From an uncultured Rhodospirillaceae bacterium (GTDB lineage Bacteria > Pseudomonadota > Alphaproteobacteria > MPNO01 > UBA830): 64,000 nucleotides of DNA. The DNA lies in NCBI GenBank assembly GCA_964412235.1, contig CAYPNT010000002.1:33051-97050 (forward strand). The letters are read 5' to 3'. Within the stretch, counting starts at the first letter, position 1. Each line of letters begins with the position of its first letter. Shown piece by piece: positions 56,767 to 64,000 of the stretch. Under the pieces are notes generated by a model. That model was not told the DNA's origin. It saw only the letters and a program-made list of their open reading frames with translations, and ran no database searches. The position numbers were made by a program, and so were the translations under genes.

Positions 56767-57927
56767 ATGCCTATTAGCTTCCGCACTGATAACGATAAGG
56801 AAAAAACGTTTCGTTCTGATGTCCGCGACTGGGTTTCTAACACCCTGCCTGATGATTTAAAGGGTTGGTCCACACGTCCGCCGTTTGACCGTGCGATGTG
56901 GTGGCACAAACAACTCTACACAAAGGGTTGGATTGCCCCAGCCTGGCCGAAGATCTACAACGGCATGGAAGCTTCTTTAAATGAGCAGATCATTCTCAAA
57001 GAAGAACTCGCACGCGCGGGAGCACCAGAAATTTCAGCTCAAGGTATCAACCATGTAGGACCCGTGTTGATGGCGTATGGGACGGATCAGCAAAAAGAAC
57101 GGTTTCTTCAGCCAATATTAACTGGGGAGGAAACTTGGTGTCAGGGTTATTCCGAACCAGGGGCAGGATCCGACCTCGCCAGCCTGCGAACAAGGGCCGA
57201 CCTTGATGGTGATTATTTTATTATTAACGGATCAAAGATATGGACCACGTGGGCTCATTATTCAGACTGGATCTTTGCGCTCGTGCGAAGCGACCCCCAT
57301 GCGCCTCGGAAACAAGCGGGTATAAGCTTTGTCCTGATTGATCTAAAAACATCTGGTATAGAGATACGACCAATAAAAACAATCGCCGGAGACGACGAGT
57401 TTGCGGAAGTATTTTTTGACGACGTTCGCGTTCCAATGTCAAACCTTGTAGGCGAACTCCACGACGGGTGGCGGGTTGCCAACGCACTCCTCGCTCATGA
57501 AAGACTTGGAACTGCAAATCCTCAACTGCTTTTTGATGCGCTCGAACGCGTAAAAAAGGTGGCAGCTGCCACTGGGGCCTTGGATGATCCCTATTTTCAG
57601 GATCGCCTTGCAGAGATTGATATCGACACAGTGGGATTTTCCGCCATGTTCGCTCACGCCGCTGAAATTGCTAATGCAGAGCAGTCGCTAGGTCTAGATG
57701 CATCGATTATGAAAATTAATGGTACGGAGCTTCTTCAACGAATAGCGGATCTGTTGCTTGATGCGGCAGGTAGCCACGGGGCACTCACTGAACGCATGGA
57801 CACAGGCTCCGGGCCGATTGAGGTCGCGGCTCTATTTCTTCAAGTCCGACGGGCAAGTATTTATGGTGGATCTAACGAAATACAGCGAAATATTCTGGCA
57901 AAGAGGGTGCTCGGACTACCAAGTTGA
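56767..57927 (+). CDS. Acyl-CoA dehydrogenase
   Basis: 'YSEPGAGSDL', C-terminal 'IYGGSNEIQRNILAKRVLGLP'. Confidence 0.85.
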   Translation: MPISFRTDNDKEKTFRSDVRDWVSNTLPDDLKGWSTRPPFDRAMWWHKQLYTKGWIAPAWPKIYNGMEASLNEQIILKEELARAGAPEISAQGINHVGPVLMAYGTDQQKERFLQPILTGEETWCQGYSEPGAGSDLASLRTRADLDGDYFIINGSKIWTTWAHYSDWIFALVRSDPHAPRKQAGISFVLIDLKTSGIEIRPIKTIAGDDEFAEVFFDDVRVPMSNLVGELHDGWRVANALLAHERLGTANPQLLFDALERVKKVAAATGALDDPYFQDRLAEIDIDTVGFSAMFAHAAEIANAEQSLGLDASIMKINGTELLQRIADLLLDAAGSHGALTERMDTGSGPIEVAALFLQVRRASIYGGSNEIQRNILAKRVLGLPS

Positions 57928-57959
57928 CGTCTGAGGTTAGACACAGGATACAGTCTTTG

Positions 57960-57982
57960 CTTTTGTCCTCGTCAAAAGTTTT
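57960..57982 (+). terminator. Weak candidate terminator after the acyl-CoA dehydrogenase gene
   Basis: CTTTTG-tcctcgt-CAAAAG followed by TTTT. The stem is AT-rich. Confidence 0.35.
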
Positions 57983-58172
57983 CGATTTAAACGCCGGATT
58001 AGTTTTATTCGCGCATGTTACTAAACAATTCTTAAACAGAAGCGTAAATAATGCTTTCTTTTTGTAGAAATTTAAATGGGCTTCGTTTATTCACGGTTTT
58101 AGCCACAAACGGCCAAATGACTTTCCCACCTATGCTCGACAAAATTAATAAATCTGAGGAAACATCGAAAAC

Positions 58173-59801
58173 ATGGGAACAGTAAAAAACATTCTTTTCA
58201 TCATGTGTGATCAACTACGGTGGGATTATTTATCCTGCAACGGTCATCCGCACCTCGAAACGCCGAATATCGATAGGCTCGCAGAAAAAGGGATAAATTT
58301 TACTCAGGCTTTTGTTCAATCACCCCTTTGCGGGCCGTCGCGAATGTGTTTCCTCACAGGTCGCTACGTCCATAGTCACGGTGCAACGTGGAATGGTGTT
58401 CCCCTATCCGTTGGCCAAACTAATATCGGTGACTTTATGAGGCCGTTTGGCCTCCGCTGTGCTTTGGTCGGTAAAACCCATATGGAACCAGACAAGGAGG
58501 GAATGGAAAGGCTCGGCGTCGATCGAATGTCCCACCTCGGACTACTGACAGAACAATGCGGGCTCGAGCCCGTGGAACGTGACGACGGGCTTTGGCCGAA
58601 CAAGCTGGTCGACCCAAATTACGCTTATAACAAATATCTTAAATCCAAGGGATATGATGGAGATAATCCATGGCATGACTGGGCAAACGCAGCTGAGGGG
58701 CCTAATGGAGAAATACTCTCAGGCTGGTATCTAGACAGCAACCACCTCCCCGCTCGTATAAAGGAAGAAGATTCCGAAACGCCCTATATGACGGGCCGCG
58801 CAATTGAGTTCATGGAAGAACAGGGAAACAATCCATTCTTATTACACCTGTCGTATATAAAACCCCACTGGCCATACATTGCACCGGCCCCGTATCACAA
58901 TCTTTATGGTCACAACAAGATTTTGCCCGCTGTTCGATCAGAAGCGGAACGAGAAAACCCTCACCCGGTAATTTCCGCACACATGAAACACTCGGAAAGT
59001 CTCAACTTTTCAATAGACGAGGTAAGAAACAACGTCCTTCCCGCATACATGGGCCTGATCAAACAAATAGATGACCAAATGGGACGGCTGTTCTCCTGGA
59101 TGGAGACTTCGGGTCGTATGGAAGATACGATGATCGTTTTTACATCGGACCATGGAGATTACTTAGGTGATCATTGGCTCGGGGAAAAAGAAATGCTGCA
59201 TGACTGCTCGGTACGTGTGCCGATGATTATATATGACCCCGACCCGGCCGCCGACAAGACCCGCGGCACAAGAAACAAGTCGCTTGTTGAATCCCTCGAC
59301 GTAATCCCAACGTTTCTAGATGTAATGGGGGGAATGAATGACAAAGAACATTTACTGGAAGGCAAGTCATTACTTGGAACCCTTCGAGGACGTCAAAAAA
59401 ACGAACTCAGGGACGCGGTTTTTGCTGAAATAGACTACTCCTTCAAGCCGGCACGCAAATATACAGAAAAGCAACCGTATGAGGCCCGCGGATATATGCT
59501 CCGCACTCGACTTTGGAAATACCTCCTTTGGGAGGGCTTTGAACCCCAATTGTTTGATCTCACTATTGATCCTAACGAATTCAATGACCTTGGCAGCTCG
59601 CCAACACACTTAAAGATAAGAACCGAATTACACGAGCGCCTATTTCACTGGCTGAGGACACGCGCAACACGCACAACAATTTCGGAGGCGACCGTTCGCC
59701 AACGAACAGGTGGAGCACCGAAACAGGGTATTATCATTGGCGAATGGTCACCGGATGAAACTATCAAAGGCGACCCGGACTCGGGATATTGGATGGAATA
59801 A
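58173..59801 (+). CDS. Sulfatase family hydrolase (Cys-type; arylsulfatase / phosphonate monoester hydrolase-like)
   Basis: Formylglycine motif 'CGPSR' in 'SPLCGPSRMCFLTGR'. 'FTSDHGD'. No signal peptide visible. Confidence 0.8.
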   Translation: MGTVKNILFIMCDQLRWDYLSCNGHPHLETPNIDRLAEKGINFTQAFVQSPLCGPSRMCFLTGRYVHSHGATWNGVPLSVGQTNIGDFMRPFGLRCALVGKTHMEPDKEGMERLGVDRMSHLGLLTEQCGLEPVERDDGLWPNKLVDPNYAYNKYLKSKGYDGDNPWHDWANAAEGPNGEILSGWYLDSNHLPARIKEEDSETPYMTGRAIEFMEEQGNNPFLLHLSYIKPHWPYIAPAPYHNLYGHNKILPAVRSEAERENPHPVISAHMKHSESLNFSIDEVRNNVLPAYMGLIKQIDDQMGRLFSWMETSGRMEDTMIVFTSDHGDYLGDHWLGEKEMLHDCSVRVPMIIYDPDPAADKTRGTRNKSLVESLDVIPTFLDVMGGMNDKEHLLEGKSLLGTLRGRQKNELRDAVFAEIDYSFKPARKYTEKQPYEARGYMLRTRLWKYLLWEGFEPQLFDLTIDPNEFNDLGSSPTHLKIRTELHERLFHWLRTRATRTTISEATVRQRTGGAPKQGIIIGEWSPDETIKGDPDSGYWME

Positions 59802-59804
59802 ACT

Positions 59805-61448
59805 TTAAATGCCCGCGGACTTACCATCAGACCTTGGATCAGAAGCTCCCTCCATTAATCCGTTTTTATTTAAGACTACTGCACCCGCATGGCCCATGAG
59901 ATTGGAGAAGGGTTGTATAATTTCAAAATCATGACCCGCGGACCTCAACTCAGGGAAAATGCTCTCGTCAAACCGAGCTTCTAACTTCAGGTTTGTTCCC
60001 GTGTCACCCCATGTACGGCCTAACAAAAACCGTGGTGCTGTAATAGCCTGCTGTAGTCCTTGTCCGTATTGTACATGTCGGGAATAGATTAACGATTGGG
60101 TTTGGGGTTGGCCCTCTCCGCCCATTGCACCAAACGAAAGAACCCGGTCATCGGCTAATTCAGCTAAAGCTGGGTTTAAGGTGTGGAACGGTCGACGGCC
60201 CGGAGCCAATTGATTTACAGACCCATCTTTCAGCGAAAAGCTACAGCCTCGATTTTGCCATAAAATCCCTGTGTCCTCGAGTACGACACCTGATCCGAAT
60301 TCCCAGTAGATACTCTGGATAAACGACACAGCATTCCCGTCTTTATCGAGGGCGCCCATCCATACTGTATCGCCTTCTTGGGCAGTTGCAGACCAGGGAA
60401 GTGCTTGGCGGTGGTCAATCTTTTTAGCCAATGCGTCTAAATAATTAGCCGTTAGAAAACCCTCCGGCTTCACTGTCATCACAGCCGGATCTTGTACGTG
60501 GGCATCACGAATAAGAAATGCCTGTTTGATGCACTCCAGGAGAACATGAATATGTGCAAACGTATCTGGTTCGGGAACGGGAATGCGATCAAATAAACCC
60601 AACGTTATGAGGGAAACGACCCCTTGTGTAGGAGGTGGCATGTTCCAAACTGTCCCAGTCGATAGTTGAACGTTTAAAGGCGTTAAAATTCTAGCAGAAT
60701 GGGACTCGAGGTCTTTGATGGAGAGTGGTGTTCCCGCTCTTTCTAAATCAGCAGCAATATCACGGGCGATTGGGCCACGATAAAATGAATCAAACCCATC
60801 GATTACCAGACGTCGCAATGTAGCGCCCAGTCGCTGCTGTTTAAATAATTCACCCTCTTTAGGCGGCATTCCATTTAATAAGAACGCGCGCTCAAAACCC
60901 GGGATAGACCTTAACTCATTTAATTTTTCACTGGTGGTACGAGCCTGGTTTTCTGTCATCGGAAACCCTCGCTCAGCGTAAAATATAGCGGGTTCCAGAA
61001 GCCGCTCTCGGGATTGATTTCCCCCCAATTTTGACCCTAGATCCAGTGCCACATTCCACCCGGATAACGTTCCCGCCACCGTGTTGGCTGCAAGAGGACC
61101 GCGGGTGGGAATATTGGTGTGCCCTTTGGTTCGATATAGTTGGACTTCCGCGCTCGCGGCAGCGGCGCCACAAGCATCTATTCCAATGGGTTTTTTACCT
61201 GATGGCTTGATGATCCAAAATCCATCTCCACCTATGGCATTCATGTGTGGGTAGACCACCGGAATAATTGCAGCCATTGCAACCATAGCCTCGATAGCAT
61301 TACCACCGTCACGCAGAACATCTCGGCCTATATCAGAAGCGAGATGATGGGGTGCCGTTACAATACCTCCGGTGGAATAGACCGAGCTAAGCAATTCGGG
61401 TCTCCTGTCCTTTACCGATATGCACTTCTGCAACAGGATTAAGTCCAA
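59805..61448 (-). CDS. Gamma-glutamyltransferase family (Ntn hydrolase) protein; start uncertain
   Basis: 'TAPHHLASDIG', 'GGDGFW', 'GDTVWMGA' (candidate nucleophile Thr), 'GGEGQPQTQ'. The track ORF starts at TTG 61448 inside the upstream gene. TTG 61394 would give an 8-bp overlap. Confidence 0.8.
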   Translation of the reverse strand: MDLILLQKCISVKDRRPELLSSVYSTGGIVTAPHHLASDIGRDVLRDGGNAIEAMVAMAAIIPVVYPHMNAIGGDGFWIIKPSGKKPIGIDACGAAAASAEVQLYRTKGHTNIPTRGPLAANTVAGTLSGWNVALDLGSKLGGNQSRERLLEPAIFYAERGFPMTENQARTTSEKLNELRSIPGFERAFLLNGMPPKEGELFKQQRLGATLRRLVIDGFDSFYRGPIARDIAADLERAGTPLSIKDLESHSARILTPLNVQLSTGTVWNMPPPTQGVVSLITLGLFDRIPVPEPDTFAHIHVLLECIKQAFLIRDAHVQDPAVMTVKPEGFLTANYLDALAKKIDHRQALPWSATAQEGDTVWMGALDKDGNAVSFIQSIYWEFGSGVVLEDTGILWQNRGCSFSLKDGSVNQLAPGRRPFHTLNPALAELADDRVLSFGAMGGEGQPQTQSLIYSRHVQYGQGLQQAITAPRFLLGRTWGDTGTNLKLEARFDESIFPELRSAGHDFEIIQPFSNLMGHAGAVVLNKNGLMEGASDPRSDGKSAGI

Positions 61449-62244
61449 TTTTAGAAACTGAATGTCGTTTAAAAAGTTCGGGGTCGTGGCCGGGTATAAT
61501 GCGCCTTAAATCATCCTCGACCACTTCACGTATGGCTCGATAGCCCTTGATCAAATTCCACGTATTCCCCTGAACATAAGCTGGTGGCCACATTTTTTCG
61601 ATATTTTCATACCAATAAACACAGTCTCCCGCGATAACATAAGGCCCATTAGTTGTCGTGATTTCAACCCATTGGCAACCGAACGTGTGAGAGTCACGCG
61701 CGAGACGACATATAATTCCCGGAACTAATTCTGTATCACCTTCCAGAAACGTGACCCTTCCGGCGGCCAACAATTCTTCCAACATATCAAAGTCTGCTCT
61801 TCGCATTGACGAAAGCGGCCACATACTTGTGTCGGAACCCAACGCTCCGGGTAATTCATACACTTTCTTCCAGCCCACATACTCACACGTTTGAACATAA
61901 AATCTTGCGTTGGGAAATTGATCGAGGTTGCCAGCATGGTCGAAATGCAGGTGCGTTAGAATGACGTCTTCTATCTCTTCTGGGCGAACACCAATTTTAT
62001 TTAGGATCACTTCTGGACTTTCTACGTTCTTGTATTTCTTCCCACTTGGCGACCAATCACCCTTCATTCCTGTATCGACTAGTATGGGACGTTCATCCCC
62101 TAATTCACCTCCATAGATCAGCGAATACACCATGGGGTTGCGGACCCGACCAGTGTTGGAATTTATAAGGGTGCCACCAAAGAAATCACGGGGCATGTCG
62201 GACTGGGCATACTGAAATGCCCAAATCGACCAATCTATGGTCAT
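61387..62244 (-). CDS. MBL-fold metallo-hydrolase, N-acyl homoserine lactonase-family-like
   Basis: Metal motif 'HLHFDHAGN', later 'DSHTFG' and 'GHD'. Confidence 0.75.
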   Translation of the reverse strand: MTIDWSIWAFQYAQSDMPRDFFGGTLINSNTGRVRNPMVYSLIYGGELGDERPILVDTGMKGDWSPSGKKYKNVESPEVILNKIGVRPEEIEDVILTHLHFDHAGNLDQFPNARFYVQTCEYVGWKKVYELPGALGSDTSMWPLSSMRRADFDMLEELLAAGRVTFLEGDTELVPGIICRLARDSHTFGCQWVEITTTNGPYVIAGDCVYWYENIEKMWPPAYVQGNTWNLIKGYRAIREVVEDDLRRIIPGHDPELFKRHSVSKIGLNPVAEVHIGKGQETRIA

Positions 62245-62284
62245 TCGATCTTCGCCTTTCTAGGCACTAAGGCCACAAATCTAC

Positions 62285-63259
62285 CTACGGGACAATTACA
62301 ACCGATCCCGTCGTTTTCCGGGAAACAATGTCTTCGTGAGCCTGAACTATATCGGAGAGCGGGTACTCACGGCTTATCGAAATATCAAGAATTCCACTAG
62401 AAATAGCCGCAAATACTTCTTCAGCCATCGCCCTTTTTAATTCTGTGGTCCGCATAAAGTGGGGTAGGGACACCTTGGCAAAGAACAAGGACTTAGCGTT
62501 CAATTGCATAGGGTCCACGGGTTCCATAAGACCTGACAGATGCCCATAATTAACGAGATATCCGGTTGGTCTTAACGCAGCAATATTGCCTTCCCACGCG
62601 TCCTGACCAATTGCGTCGTAGACCACTGACACACCCTCTCCGGAGGTGATGTCTGCCACCGCAGTGGCAAAATTTTCTTTTCGGGAATTTATTACGTATG
62701 CCGCGCCACTGTTCTGCGCAGTTTTCACCTTATCGTCACTTCCCACTGTCCCGATAACTTGAGCACCCAATGAACTAGCCCATTGGCAAAGTAGTGTACC
62801 CATTCCTCCTGCGGCAGTGTGTACCAAGATGACATCGCCATCTCGCACTTTGTAGGTTTGTCTCAGCAAATATTGTGCTGTCATCCCCCTTAGAAAGGTT
62901 GCTGCAATGTTTTTGGCGTCCACACCCGGGGGCACGGGCATTAACGCATCGGCGGAAATTATACGTTTTTCAGCGTGGGCTCCGAGGTTGAATATGTAGC
63001 AAACAGCATCACCAATCGCGAGGTGTTCGACCCCCGCCCCTACCTCCTCAACAATACCAGCACCGTCTAGGCCGACGACAGACGGCAACTCAGGTTTGAG
63101 ATGATATTTCCCCTCACGGAGCATTGTATCGGCAAAATGCAAAGCCATGCCCTTTTGGTCCAGAAGCACTTCCCCAGGGCCGGGAGCACCAATGGTATCG
63201 TCCTCTATTTGGAGGTTTTCGGGCCCGCCAAATTTATGAATCCGCACTACTTTTGTCAT
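62285..63259 (-). CDS. qor: NADPH:quinone oxidoreductase (MDR / zeta-crystallin family)
   Basis: 324 aa, cofactor motif 'AAGGMGT'. No structural-zinc Cys cluster. Confidence 0.8.
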   Translation of the reverse strand: MTKVVRIHKFGGPENLQIEDDTIGAPGPGEVLLDQKGMALHFADTMLREGKYHLKPELPSVVGLDGAGIVEEVGAGVEHLAIGDAVCYIFNLGAHAEKRIISADALMPVPPGVDAKNIAATFLRGMTAQYLLRQTYKVRDGDVILVHTAAGGMGTLLCQWASSLGAQVIGTVGSDDKVKTAQNSGAAYVINSRKENFATAVADITSGEGVSVVYDAIGQDAWEGNIAALRPTGYLVNYGHLSGLMEPVDPMQLNAKSLFFAKVSLPHFMRTTELKRAMAEEVFAAISSGILDISISREYPLSDIVQAHEDIVSRKTTGSVVIVP

Positions 63260-63269
63260 TAATTTGCCC

Positions 63270-63461
63270 CTATATCACCGATACTTCATCGGGCGATTTA
63301 CCAAAAAACTTTATACATGCCGCATGCGCTTCCATTTCTGCAGATGCTGAAGTGCTTTGAGCCCCGCCCAGGTGCTTACGTTCACCATTTTCCCAGATGG
63401 ACCATAACCAATCTGTTGAACCGTCCCGTTGAGACCAGCTCTCTATCATTACCTCAATCAT
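63270..63461 (-). CDS. Small hypothetical protein (about 59-71 aa depending on start)
   Basis: ORF ends 10 bp upstream of qor on the same strand. No recognisable domain and no convincing Shine-Dalgarno. Confidence 0.3.
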   Translation of the reverse strand: MIEVMIESWSQRDGSTDWLWSIWENGERKHLGGAQSTSASAEMEAHAACIKFFGKSPDEVSVI

Positions 63462-63511
63462 GGTTTTGTTATGGAGAGCACACAAAGAGGTGTCAAATCA
63501 CGAGTGAAATT

Positions 63512-64000
63512 TCAACGTCGATCAATTAAATGAAGAAACGACCCCATTGTGTTTCCCAAACGCATACCTGCAGGCTCCAACTCGGTTCCCGATGCATCCG
63601 AGACCTGAAATAGAGGCTCTGTATCAGCTCTTTTCTTTACACTCGCATAGTGGAATTCGTGCGCGCCGTATCTGGTGGCCTTTAGCCCAAGCTTTGTCTT
63701 TGCGACAGTCTGAGCATCTCTATAACCAAGGTGAAGTTTTTTCTCCTTGAACGATGTCTCTACCGGCAACAGACCGGCCATCTTATGCGCTTTACCCTTT
63801 AGATCTGTAATGACATCACCTAGCACCATAAAACCGCCACATTCGCCGTAGATTGTCGCGCCACGTGATTGAGCCGCCGTTAGCCCCCTGAAAAACCCAT
63901 GATTGGATGAAAGTTTTTCGACAAACAGTTCAGGATATCCTCCTGGTAGAAATATCGCGTCTGCCCCGAATTCAGGTTCTTCATCGGCCAATGGAGAAAA
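63512..64000 (-). CDS. cobB: Cobyrinate a,c-diamide synthase, C-terminal glutamine amidotransferase part (5' end outside the window)
   Basis: 'ADAIFLPGGYPELF', 'GECGGFMVLG', 'GHEFHY'. The frame stays open to base 64000. Confidence 0.8.
   Translation of the reverse strand, partial: FSPLADEEPEFGADAIFLPGGYPELFVEKLSSNHGFFRGLTAAQSRGATIYGECGGFMVLGDVITDLKGKAHKMAGLLPVETSFKEKKLHLGYRDAQTVAKTKLGLKATRYGAHEFHYASVKKRADTEPLFQVSDASGTELEPAGMRLGNTMGSFLHLIDRR

Noticed and set aside
1-64000. Looked for defence systems, toxin-antitoxin pairs, prophage or integrative elements, CRISPR arrays, tRNA/rRNA genes
   Set aside because: No nuclease/helicase/methylase-type or Cas-like ORFs, no integrase or transposase, no spaced repeat arrays and no tRNA-like T-arm sequences were recognisable by eye. 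Intergenic space is small (largest gaps 272, 245, 205 and 197 bp).

Overview
Gene-dense chromosomal window of about 60 CDS. By eye it looks alphaproteobacterial, possibly a marine SAR116/Rhodospirillales-like genome. That guess rests on mid-40s % GC and the ffs-dnaX-ybaB-recR and pheA-kdsB-cytochrome c synteny, and is low confidence.

Bases 1-35.2 kb are mostly housekeeping:
- an HsaA-like flavin monooxygenase, and acnA divergent from a complete contiguous System I cytochrome c maturation locus ccmABCDEFGHI (ccmD is below the ORF-track cutoff and was found by hand)
- a DUF3500 protein, recR/ybaB/dnaX with an SRP RNA upstream, nudC, pheA, kdsB and a membrane-anchored cytochrome c
- a hisN-like phosphatase and a yejA-yejA-yejB-yejE-yejF peptide ABC importer
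- a marR/GST divergent pair, thpR, a FIST protein, tesA/ybbA/ybbP and a BI-1/YccA protein

Bases 35.2-57.9 kb are the accessory-looking part: 22 consecutive enzyme genes in about 12 co-directional blocks.
- two VanA-type Rieske oxygenases, a maleate-isomerase-fold protein, a class II aldolase and a ThDP enzyme
- LigAB plus an isochorismatase-fold hydrolase, a maleylacetate-reductase-like Fe-ADH, a cupin and an Amidohydrolase_2 decarboxylase-like protein
- a radical SAM protein, a dienelactone hydrolase and a VOC dioxygenase
- an AMP-ligase, two MCP-type alpha/beta hydrolases flanking a tandem pair of luciferase-like monooxygenases
- an HCHL-like crotonase, an NDP-forming CoA-ligase alpha part and an acyl-CoA dehydrogenase

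I could not recognise a regulator, a transporter or an electron-transfer partner among these 22 genes.

Bases 58-64 kb carry a Cys-type sulfatase, a qor-MBL-ggt block, a small orphan ORF and the 3' part of cobB, which runs off the window.

I found no rRNA, tRNA, CRISPR array, transposase/integrase, prophage genes or recognisable defence system. The best novelty candidates are sub-modules of the catabolic supercluster: the LLM pair operon, the maleamate-type parts around a LigAB dioxygenase, the orphan radical SAM, and the split FerA-like ligase with HCHL. A separate candidate is a CcmF that lacks the conserved P-His1 heme ligand. All functional calls come from motif and by-eye similarity only; no searches were run.
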